Of a stretch of 64,000 bases of DNA, positions 56,228-64,000 are shown piece after piece (positions within the stretch are counted from its first letter, which is position 1; each line of letters opens with the position of its first letter). A program made the translations under genes and the position numbers. Source of the stretch: a virus; IMG/VR virus record IMGVR_UViG_3300047160_006900, positions 1-64,000 of that record; one strand, written 5' to 3'. Under the pieces are notes generated by a model, which saw only the letters and a list, made by a program, of their open reading frames with translations, searched no databases and was not told where the DNA came from.

Positions 56228-56388
56228 GTGTGGCTCAGGTCAAGCACAACGGATCCTGGGTTCCGTTTAATACCGGAAGCGTCCGGGTGAGGGCTGCTCC
56301 TGATGGGATCATCTATTGGGTTCGGCCCGCAGCTATCTATGTCAAGCACAACGGGGCCTGGGTTCGGACCGTCTTGCACTGGGGCTGA
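56224..56388 (+). CDS. 54-aa fibre-associated protein with two VKHNGxWV repeats
   Basis: GTGA coupling; below the ORF-track cutoff. Confidence 0.6.
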   Translation: MSVAQVKHNGSWVPFNTGSVRVRAAPDGIIYWVRPAAIYVKHNGAWVRTVLHWG

Positions 56389-56416
56389 TACCACCGCTGA
56401 TACTTCCGACTGATGT

Positions 56417-56842
56417 ATGCTCCCCGAAGATTTAGCTGCGCGGCTGAATCCTCATATGATCAGTGCCGGGAGAGGCATGGCGGAGATGCTCCACATCGGT
56501 GGAGGTTTCTTGACCGCCCTGGAGTCATACGTCCAGGCGGTAGCTGATACCGCTCCCGAAGCCCAGGAAGCCGCTACGCAGACCCTGGTGGGGGATCTCC
56601 AACAGCGGGCACAGCAGCATCCTCGTTGGGAACCGATCGCTCATGAGATCGAGGCCTGGGAGGACTCTCGCGGTCTCCGGGTCGGAGTGCGGAGATCCGT
56701 GGCGGCTGCTCGACAGGCGGAATATGGGGATCAAGAACATGGACCCGTACCGCTGCTGCGGCATATGCCAGGATCGGCCAAGTTGGCTGGGGAAGCCATG
56801 GGTGACGTCTTTCGGACCAGCCTCGGGATTCCGACGCCATGA
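56417..56842 (+). CDS. neck/tail-completion protein
   Basis: AEYGDQEHGPVPLLR, like HK97 gp10-type EYG..P.LR; position. Confidence 0.55.
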   Translation: MLPEDLAARLNPHMISAGRGMAEMLHIGGGFLTALESYVQAVADTAPEAQEAATQTLVGDLQQRAQQHPRWEPIAHEIEAWEDSRGLRVGVRRSVAAARQAEYGDQEHGPVPLLRHMPGSAKLAGEAMGDVFRTSLGIPTP

Positions 56843-57627
56843 CCACCCCCTGGAACAACGATCTGGCGATTGGGGAGATTGATCTTCCGGCCCATACCGG
56901 CTTCCTGCTGGCTGAGGACGAGGCCCTGAAGACCTATCTCAGTGGCCTGGAGGTTCCTGACCGGGAGACCAATATCGATGTCGGGGTGTGGTTCCGGTGG
57001 CCGGAGGGAGAACGGCGGATTAAGTACCCGTTCATCACCATCGATTTCCTGGCTGTGGACCCTGATCCCATCCGTTGGACCAGCCAGTGGAATGTCCCGG
57101 ACGACTACTGCATTTATCTTGACCCGCTGACCGGTCTTCCCACCGGCAAGACTGGGATGTATATCCCCTCGACCGCTCCGGAACTCCCTGCACTCACCAG
57201 TGATGAGTTTGGATATCACATCGATCCGCCGCTGATGCACATCATCTCGTATCAAGTGGCGGTGCATTCCCGGTCGGCTCTCCACGATCGGTATCTGGCG
57301 AGTCGATTCATGGTGGATGTCTTCCCTCCCCGGCCATTCTTCATCCCGGTGGATGCGGACATGACCTATCGGCGCTGTGATCTCCTTGATATGACGCAGG
57401 CCGATACCCAGGAGACGACGGAGTCGGGTAGCAAACGCATCTTCCGGAAGATCTACACCCTCGCTATGGATGCTGAGATCCCGCTCACCAAGATCTACGA
57501 ACTCAAGAAAGCGCAAAGGCTTCACATCGATATCTATGCCGATACCGCTCTGCGGGAGCCTGAGAACCACAAGTACAACGATCCGCACACGATTGCGGAG
57601 CCCGTCACGGTCCTCCCGGAGGTCTAA
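56839..57627 (+). CDS. tail terminator protein
   Basis: LAEDEALK...VWFRWPE...YPFITID...YQVAVHSRSALHDR...RRCDLLD. Confidence 0.7.
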   Translation: MTTPWNNDLAIGEIDLPAHTGFLLAEDEALKTYLSGLEVPDRETNIDVGVWFRWPEGERRIKYPFITIDFLAVDPDPIRWTSQWNVPDDYCIYLDPLTGLPTGKTGMYIPSTAPELPALTSDEFGYHIDPPLMHIISYQVAVHSRSALHDRYLASRFMVDVFPPRPFFIPVDADMTYRRCDLLDMTQADTQETTESGSKRIFRKIYTLAMDAEIPLTKIYELKKAQRLHIDIYADTALREPENHKYNDPHTIAEPVTVLPEV

Positions 57628-57630
57628 GAA

Positions 57631-59517
57631 ATGGTTGACACGATTGGAGCAACCGGAGCCACTGGTCCTCGGGGACTCGGTGGTCCGGTCGGACCCCGTG
57701 GCTACACGGGTCCTGCAGGAGCCACGGGCCCGCAAGGGATCAAGGGTTCCACTGGTGTTCCCGGCACGGTCGGCCCTCCGGGAGCCGGAGCAGACGGTCA
57801 GCCAGGACCCACTGGACCGCAAGGGGCCACTGGCCCTGGCGGTGGTGATCCGGGAGCGACTGGTGTAGTTGGCCAAACGGGAGCGACCGGTCCTCGGGGA
57901 GCAACTGGTGCTGGTGGTCCGGGAGCCACTGGTCCGCAGGGAGCTACGGGTCAGCCGGGATCCGACGGTTCTAATGGTGTCGATGGTCTTCCTGGCCCCA
58001 CGGGACCTACTGGTGTTGTGGGAGCGACGGGCTCCAACATCGGTATCACCGGTCCGATAGGTCCGACTGGTCCGCAGGGCATCACCGGCCCGATCGGATA
58101 CACCGGGGTCCAGGGCAATACGGTTGCAGGGCCGACTGGCCCGCAAGGGATCGCCGGTCCGGTGGGCTCCACCGGGACCCAGGGGCCTGCCGGTACCGGC
58201 TCGACCGGTCCGACCGGTGTCCAGGGCATCCAGGGCATGACGGGTGTCACGGGTGGTGTGGGAGCCACTGGTGTCGTAGGACCCACTGGTCCTCAGGGAT
58301 CAGGGGCCACGGGGGCAGTGGGTCCGACCGGTGTGGCCGGTCCTTCCGGAGCCACAGGTCCCCAAGGTGCTACCGGTGACCCCGGTGGTCCGACCGGAGC
58401 AACCGGTGCCGTTGGAGCAACCGGGCCTGGCGGGGGCGCTACCGGTCCTCAGGGAGCTACTGGTCCTGCCAACGTCGGCTTCACCGGGGTCACCGGAGCA
58501 ACGGGTACGGCTGGTATCCAGGGCACGCAGGGAGCTACCGGTTCTGGTGGTCCCGCCGGGGCCACTGGTGCTGGCATCGTGGGTCCCACCGGAGCCACGG
58601 GTGCCGTCGGTGCTCCGGGTATCCAGGGCATCCAGGGTGGGCTTGGGCCAACTGGAGCCACCGGTCCCTTCGGACCCCAGGGCTTCACTGGCCCGCAGGG
58701 CATCCAGGGGACCACGGGTCCCACCGGCCCAGTGGGGTCGGCGGGTGCCCAGGGTATTCAGGGTGCTGCTGGTGCTGTCGGAGCCACGGGGACGACCGGA
58801 GCCACTGGTTCGGGAGCCACGGGGACGGCCGGGGTTGTCGGGGCCACTGGTCCTTCCGGAGCCACCGGGGTCACGGGAGCGGTCGGAGCCACCGGTATCA
58901 CCGGGGCGGAGTCGGTCAACTCTCGGTCGGACTCGTACATCCTGGCCCTGTCGGACGCCAACAACATCGTGGAGATGACCAAGGCCACGGCCTCGGCCGT
59001 TACCGTGCCCAACAACACCGACGTGGCCTTCGCCGTCGGGACCAACTGCGACATCATCCAGATGGGTGCTGGTCAGGTCTCGGTTGTGGCAGCAGCGGGG
59101 GTGACGCTCGACACATCGTCCACCCTCAAGCTCCGTCAGCAGTACTCGGCGGGCACGTTGCTGAAGGTGGCCACCAACGAGTGGGTGTGGCTGGGAGACA
59201 CCGAGCCTCCGGGTCAGACCATCCAGACCAAGACCGCCAACTACACCTTGGCCATCACCGACGCCTGGACGTTCATCGAAATGAGTGCCGCTGGGGCGCT
59301 CACGTTGACCATTCCGGCCAACTCGGTGGTGGCGTTCCCGATCGGTACCCACGTCGATATCGGGCAGTGGGGAGCCGGTCAGGTGACCGTGGCGATCACC
59401 ACTGACACCCTGCGAGCAACCCCGACAGCGAAGCTGCGGGCTCAGTACTCCACCGCCACGCTCATCAAGGTGGCGGCGACGGAGTGGGCTGTCATGGGGG
59501 ACATGGCTGCGTCATGA
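57631..59517 (+). CDS. collagen-like fibre protein 3 with tandem C-terminal domains
   Basis: Gly-X-Thr repeats; two copies of a Y.LA..DA...GAGQV...KLR.QYS...W domain. Confidence 0.9.
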   Translation: MVDTIGATGATGPRGLGGPVGPRGYTGPAGATGPQGIKGSTGVPGTVGPPGAGADGQPGPTGPQGATGPGGGDPGATGVVGQTGATGPRGATGAGGPGATGPQGATGQPGSDGSNGVDGLPGPTGPTGVVGATGSNIGITGPIGPTGPQGITGPIGYTGVQGNTVAGPTGPQGIAGPVGSTGTQGPAGTGSTGPTGVQGIQGMTGVTGGVGATGVVGPTGPQGSGATGAVGPTGVAGPSGATGPQGATGDPGGPTGATGAVGATGPGGGATGPQGATGPANVGFTGVTGATGTAGIQGTQGATGSGGPAGATGAGIVGPTGATGAVGAPGIQGIQGGLGPTGATGPFGPQGFTGPQGIQGTTGPTGPVGSAGAQGIQGAAGAVGATGTTGATGSGATGTAGVVGATGPSGATGVTGAVGATGITGAESVNSRSDSYILALSDANNIVEMTKATASAVTVPNNTDVAFAVGTNCDIIQMGAGQVSVVAAAGVTLDTSSTLKLRQQYSAGTLLKVATNEWVWLGDTEPPGQTIQTKTANYTLAITDAWTFIEMSAAGALTLTIPANSVVAFPIGTHVDIGQWGAGQVTVAITTDTLRATPTAKLRAQYSTATLIKVAATEWAVMGDMAAS

Positions 59518-60284
59518 GCATGTTCACGTCGGGCGTCCCAGGAATCATGGCGAGCGAGGAGATGCAGGGGACTGGGCTCGTCACGGTCGCCAGTAAGACG
59601 AACTGGGGTAGCAACGCTGATGCCTCGTCGTACGTCTCGTCGTCAGTCACCACGACCGCAGGGGCTCTCTGCATTCTGGTGGGGATGTGGACCGTCGCAT
59701 CCCCATCAGTTGCCAACGCAACGATTTCGGGGGCAACGTGCTTGAGCAACCTCAATGGCGTGTCGAACGCTGCGTTCAACTCCGTCGGAGCCCCGCTCTA
59801 TGAGATCGAGGTGTGGATCGCCAAGGGGACCGGGACGGCAAGCACGATCACGGCGTCATTTGGTGGGACGCAGACTTCCGGGTTCTTCGTCCTGTTCCAA
59901 TGTTCCAACGTCAACGTGGCCGGAGGTCCGATCTGGGGTGGTACCGGAGGAACGAACTACGGCGTGCAGCAGGTCCAGACCATCAACGACGGGCTTGTGT
60001 ATGACATGACCCGAGCAACGGGAACCGGTATCGGCTGCCCCTTGAACCCGTTCACCAGTATCAACAACGGGACCTTCTCTGTGGTGGGCGTGGACTACCC
60101 CCCGACCTGGGATCCCAACATCGTGAAGCCGGGATGGACCTGTCCATGGTCTCCGGCCTGGGTCAACCCGTCAGCCGGGGCTGCGGCTGCGTGGACGGCA
60201 TACAACGATCAGACCCCGAAGTTCTATGCCAACGCCACGTCCCAGAAATTTGCTGGCGTGTCCATGGAGTTGGTCTCCATCTGA
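59514..60284 (+). CDS. virion surface protein
   Basis: ATGA coupling; Ser/Thr/Gly-rich beta protein. Confidence 0.6.
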   Translation: MSMFTSGVPGIMASEEMQGTGLVTVASKTNWGSNADASSYVSSSVTTTAGALCILVGMWTVASPSVANATISGATCLSNLNGVSNAAFNSVGAPLYEIEVWIAKGTGTASTITASFGGTQTSGFFVLFQCSNVNVAGGPIWGGTGGTNYGVQQVQTINDGLVYDMTRATGTGIGCPLNPFTSINNGTFSVVGVDYPPTWDPNIVKPGWTCPWSPAWVNPSAGAAAAWTAYNDQTPKFYANATSQKFAGVSMELVSI

Positions 60285-60297
60285 TGAGGGTTGCCTG

Positions 60298-63200
60298 ATG
60301 CGAGGAAATCGGGTCTCTAGCTACAAGCAGTGGCGACGTCCTCATCCGTCCCTGGAAGTTCCTGGTCCTCCGGCTTCCAATCAGCCCAACATGATCATCA
60401 CCGGGGTGACGTCCAACCCTACAGCCCCGGTGGCTGGCGATCATGTGGTCTTCACGGCCACGGTGCAGAACATTGGCGGAGCGTCGACTCCCGCTGGGAC
60501 TGTCGTGGACGTGCTGTTTGACCCAAACGGTGTCGTAGCGGCTGGTCAGCCCACTACCGCTGTCACTTGGGAGGACACATATACGACCGCTATTCCTCCT
60601 GGAGGAACCGTTGTCCTGACTGCCACGGGTGGATCGGTTGGATACTCGGCGGGTCCCCCGGTTGTTCCGGGACAGAACTATTGGGTGGCGGTGTCGGGAA
60701 CATACCCAATCCACTGCACGGTCAACAGCAACAACCGGTTCCCGGAATCGAATCTGGCTGACAATACCTTCGATCTGAGTCTCGTCGTGGCCCCGTCGAG
60801 CGTGGCAACGCCTCCGGCGGCTCCGACCCTGACTGCGACTCCGGGGAACGCCACTGTTGGGTTGTCCTGGACGGTGCCGAACAACAACGGCTCTGCGATC
60901 ACTAGCTACAACATCTACAAGAACACCGTGCTGTTGACCTCCGTGGCATCGACGGTCACGACCTACACCGACAATGCCGTTACCAATGGGACGTCGTACT
61001 CCTATGTGGTATCGGCCGTGAATGCGATCGGGGAGGGGTCCAAGTCCATCGCTGTTTCAACGACTCCGAACGTGACCTCGCCGCCCTCGGCTCCGACGCT
61101 GAACGGGACGAGCGGCAATGCCGTGAACCACCTGACTTGGACGGCCCCATCGGCTGGGGCTCCGTTCACGGGGGTCTGGGTATATCGGGGCGGGGCTTCG
61201 TACAACCACATCACTACGACCCCGTTGCCCACGACACAGGATGACGTCGGGGTCACGAACGGCACGACCTACAGCTACACCGTGGCTTACGAGAACGCCG
61301 TCGGTATCGGGACTCAGTCCAACACCATTACTTTGACGCCGGTCAGTGTTCCTGCCGCTCCGGTGCTCACCGCTACATCCGGATCAGCGCAGGTGGGCTT
61401 GTCGTGGACGACTCCGGCGGCGAACGGGTCCACGATCACCGGCTACAAGGTGTACCGCAACGGGACGTTGCTCGCTTCCCCGACAGCCTCGCCGTACACG
61501 GATACCACCGGAACCGTGGGGACGTCGTATTCCTACACCGTCAGTGCGGTGAACTCGATCGGGGAAGGCCCACAGTCGACCGCACAGTCGGCGGCTTCGA
61601 CGGCCATCACGGTCCCTGCCGCTCCGGTGCTCATGGTGCAGTCGGTGGGCAGCAACTCTGTGTCGTTGTCCTGGACGATCCCGGCGAACAACGGATCGGC
61701 CCTGGTCAACTACAAGGTCTACCGCAACAGCGCTCTGATCTACACGCAGACCCAGTTCCTCGATTCACCGGCTTATGGGGACGGTGGGGCGGTCAACGGC
61801 ACCACATACACGTATCAGGTCTCAGCTACCAATGGGATCGGGGAAGGTCCCAGGTCCAACACGGTGACCGCCACGCCGTCGGCAGTCGGTATCCCCTCGA
61901 TCCCGGCTGACGTCGTGGCCGGGGTACCGGGGAGTGATGTCGTCTCGTTCGGTGGGATCGGACATAGCTTCCAGTCGCAAGCGAACTATCAGACCTGGAA
62001 GTCTTGGCACTTCAACGGGCACACCATGGTCCCCAATGGGTCGGGGAACGCTCAGACCTCGTCGCAGCGATTCAAGGGTGCTTCCTCCCAGAACGACACC
62101 ACTCCGGGGATCTACGACTCTCAACGACTCACGGAAGGGTGGGGCGTTGCAGCCCTGAATGGGGGTTCACAGAACTCCCCCAACAACAACCTCGGGGCGA
62201 TCAACGCTTTTCGGAATGGGACCATCAAGTACGTCGGGTTCTTCATTGGCGTCGGCCCGGGTACCAATGATCTTCCGAACATCTATGACACCACCCAACG
62301 GGCGAAGGCTGCTCAGCGGGTCGCTGATATCGCTGCCTTCATGAAGTACATCCATCCGACTCGGACCTTCATTCAAAACGACTGGGAAGTTTCGGATTGG
62401 AGTAAGACCTCGTCAAATAACAACTCTCATACCCTGGCGGATTTCCAGACGACGTATGAGCAGTGGGGCTATGAGATCGGGACGGCGATCTACAGCACAG
62501 CGGGGCATACCGGGGCTATCTGGGGGCTCTACAACTTTGAGGTCTACGGCATGTGGATCTCACTCGTTCGGGCCAATAACGCTTCGCAGGCAGCAGGGCA
62601 TGGCCCGTTGGCGGCTCCATACACGCCGGATACTACGAGCACTCCTGCTCCGGTCCCGAACTACACCGTGGTCGGGGGCGCTGCCATGGATGGCAAGACC
62701 CTGTGTATGGCGGGGCTGATGCGTGCCCATGCTCAGTTTCAGGCTACGGGACCGATTCTCAAGACCGACGACATGTTTTATCGGCCTCCGCAGTATGGCG
62801 GGGCGTCCTATGACACGGCGCTGAAGTGGAATACCCAGGGCTGGATGGATTTCTGGTCCCACTACTTGCCGCAGTCGACGTGGGATCAGGTAGCCCCCTA
62901 TCTCGGTATCGTCCCCTTCACCTGGAGCGGGACTGACCGGAGCACGTTCTCGACCGATACCCAGTTCCCGGAGCCGACGCAGACCAACCTGTGGGCATCG
63001 TGCCGGAAGTACAGCATGTTCGGGTTGCGGATGGATTACACCTACGGGGGCTATTTCGGAACCCCGGGCCTGGTCGGAAATCCTCCGTACACACAGACTG
63101 ACAGTTACTCGGGCGGCGAGGGTCTCTGGGGGGTGTATTCGGTCAAGATCGGGACCACCACCGTCTACGCCAACGATCATACGCAGCCGCAGGCGAATGA

Positions 63201-63867
63201 GGCCCAGGTCAACTCCGCTGTCCAGATCACCGTGCCGCATGTTCCGGCTGGGACCGGCATTGTCGATGTCGTGGTCACCACCTCCAAGGGTGGGACGAAC
63301 GGCTGGGGTGGAGTCAGTGCCCGGGGTGGGGCAGCGAAGTTCAACTACGGGGACGGTGGTCCTGATACTTCGACCACCGGAGCGGCGACTGGACCGTCTC
63401 CACCCACGATTACGAGTATCAGCCCGTCGACCGGAGCGGCGAACTCCCAGATCGTCATCACCGGTACGAACTTCATGGGGAACGACTATCAGACCCCGTC
63501 TGGTCGTATCGCTGCCATGCAGCCGACGATCGACCCCACGCCGCAGGACACTACTGCGATCACGGTGGGGACGATCACCCAGGCTCGTAGTGGGACCACG
63601 GTCACGCTGACCTTCAACATGCAGCATCCGTTTGGGATGCATCACGCCACCTGGCTGCTCTACTCCACGGATGGAGTACTGGTGACCGCCCAGGGTGAGG
63701 CCAGGCTGACGTACAACCTGGGGGGTGGGAGTCCGACCGGGGGGATTCCGAACTCCTCCATGGACTGTGTAGCCACGATCCCCAACGCCACGGCGGGACT
63801 CTACGTCATCCTCACCTGCGTCTCCGCCATCGGCCAGCGGACGTCACGAAGGATTCAGTTGGCATGA
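60298..63867 (+). CDS. large virion protein: CARDB, four FN3 repeats, putative glycosidase-like region with IPT/TIG insert
   Basis: ESNLADN (CARDB); PAAPTL...LSW...Y...SAVNAIGEG x4; PTITSISPSTG. Confidence 0.85.
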   Translation: MRGNRVSSYKQWRRPHPSLEVPGPPASNQPNMIITGVTSNPTAPVAGDHVVFTATVQNIGGASTPAGTVVDVLFDPNGVVAAGQPTTAVTWEDTYTTAIPPGGTVVLTATGGSVGYSAGPPVVPGQNYWVAVSGTYPIHCTVNSNNRFPESNLADNTFDLSLVVAPSSVATPPAAPTLTATPGNATVGLSWTVPNNNGSAITSYNIYKNTVLLTSVASTVTTYTDNAVTNGTSYSYVVSAVNAIGEGSKSIAVSTTPNVTSPPSAPTLNGTSGNAVNHLTWTAPSAGAPFTGVWVYRGGASYNHITTTPLPTTQDDVGVTNGTTYSYTVAYENAVGIGTQSNTITLTPVSVPAAPVLTATSGSAQVGLSWTTPAANGSTITGYKVYRNGTLLASPTASPYTDTTGTVGTSYSYTVSAVNSIGEGPQSTAQSAASTAITVPAAPVLMVQSVGSNSVSLSWTIPANNGSALVNYKVYRNSALIYTQTQFLDSPAYGDGGAVNGTTYTYQVSATNGIGEGPRSNTVTATPSAVGIPSIPADVVAGVPGSDVVSFGGIGHSFQSQANYQTWKSWHFNGHTMVPNGSGNAQTSSQRFKGASSQNDTTPGIYDSQRLTEGWGVAALNGGSQNSPNNNLGAINAFRNGTIKYVGFFIGVGPGTNDLPNIYDTTQRAKAAQRVADIAAFMKYIHPTRTFIQNDWEVSDWSKTSSNNNSHTLADFQTTYEQWGYEIGTAIYSTAGHTGAIWGLYNFEVYGMWISLVRANNASQAAGHGPLAAPYTPDTTSTPAPVPNYTVVGGAAMDGKTLCMAGLMRAHAQFQATGPILKTDDMFYRPPQYGGASYDTALKWNTQGWMDFWSHYLPQSTWDQVAPYLGIVPFTWSGTDRSTFSTDTQFPEPTQTNLWASCRKYSMFGLRMDYTYGGYFGTPGLVGNPPYTQTDSYSGGEGLWGVYSVKIGTTTVYANDHTQPQANEAQVNSAVQITVPHVPAGTGIVDVVVTTSKGGTNGWGGVSARGGAAKFNYGDGGPDTSTTGAATGPSPPTITSISPSTGAANSQIVITGTNFMGNDYQTPSGRIAAMQPTIDPTPQDTTAITVGTITQARSGTTVTLTFNMQHPFGMHHATWLLYSTDGVLVTAQGEARLTYNLGGGSPTGGIPNSSMDCVATIPNATAGLYVILTCVSAIGQRTSRRIQLA

Positions 63868-64000
63868 GGAATATCCGGACTGGCAGCTACAAGAGCTTCC
63901 GTCGACCGTGGCCCCGAACCGAGATCCCTGGCCCTCCGGTGGGCGTGGCTGTGGCTAACCCCCCGATTCTGCAGGCCGCTGCCGGAAATGCTTCCGTGGT
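63864..64000 (+). CDS. FN3-type virion protein, partial (runs off the window)
   Basis: ATGA coupling; MRNIRTGSYKSFRRPWPRTEIPGPP...PPILQAAAGNASV. Confidence 0.65.
   Translation, partial: MRNIRTGSYKSFRRPWPRTEIPGPPVGVAVANPPILQAAAGNASV

Noticed and set aside
46571-59000. DNA repeats in collagen genes as mobile or diversity-generating elements
   Set aside because: Explained by Gly-X-Thr coding with varied third positions; no reverse transcriptase or template/variable repeat pair seen

Overview
A 64-kb stretch of a large, high-GC tailed dsDNA phage genome. The host is probably an actinomycete, judging from the leaderless TTGCAN-N17/18-TANNNT promoters, the Rpf-like transglycosylase and the DUF1906-like lysin. 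The N4-gp56-type capsid, portal and neighbouring genes recall Streptomyces phage BRock-like and uncultured actinophages. Layout: end of a tail-collar gene and conserved late or virion-associated genes (1-7.1 kb); an early-type island with strong host-type promoters (7.1-19.5 kb: divergent vWA-metallopeptidase and MoxR AAA+ pair, ParB-like, DUF6011, SNF2 helicase); a palindrome- and repeat-rich non-coding node (19.8-20.3 kb); small modular ORFs; a minus-strand unit with a ~390-nt highly structured RNA, an aberrant tRNA(CAT) and a small basic ORF; lysis genes; terminase, portal, scaffold and capsid; then neck genes interleaved with three Gly-X-Thr collagen fibres, a methyltransferase, a glycosyltransferase, an HNH nuclease and FN3 proteins. 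No integrase or polymerase is seen in the window. Most unusual signals: (1) a candidate small RNA (34466-34553) antisense to a shared GAGACC...AGGAG leader of several early genes; (2) the large structured RNA next to a shrunken initiator-like tRNA; (3) otherwise unrelated proteins sharing an [HN]-[IL]-[HNS]-P-x-Q-[FL] tag, several also carrying clamp-binding-like motifs; (4) a probable fibre glycosylation module; (5) strong CGCG avoidance. All calls come from reading the sequence by eye; no database searches or folding programs were run.
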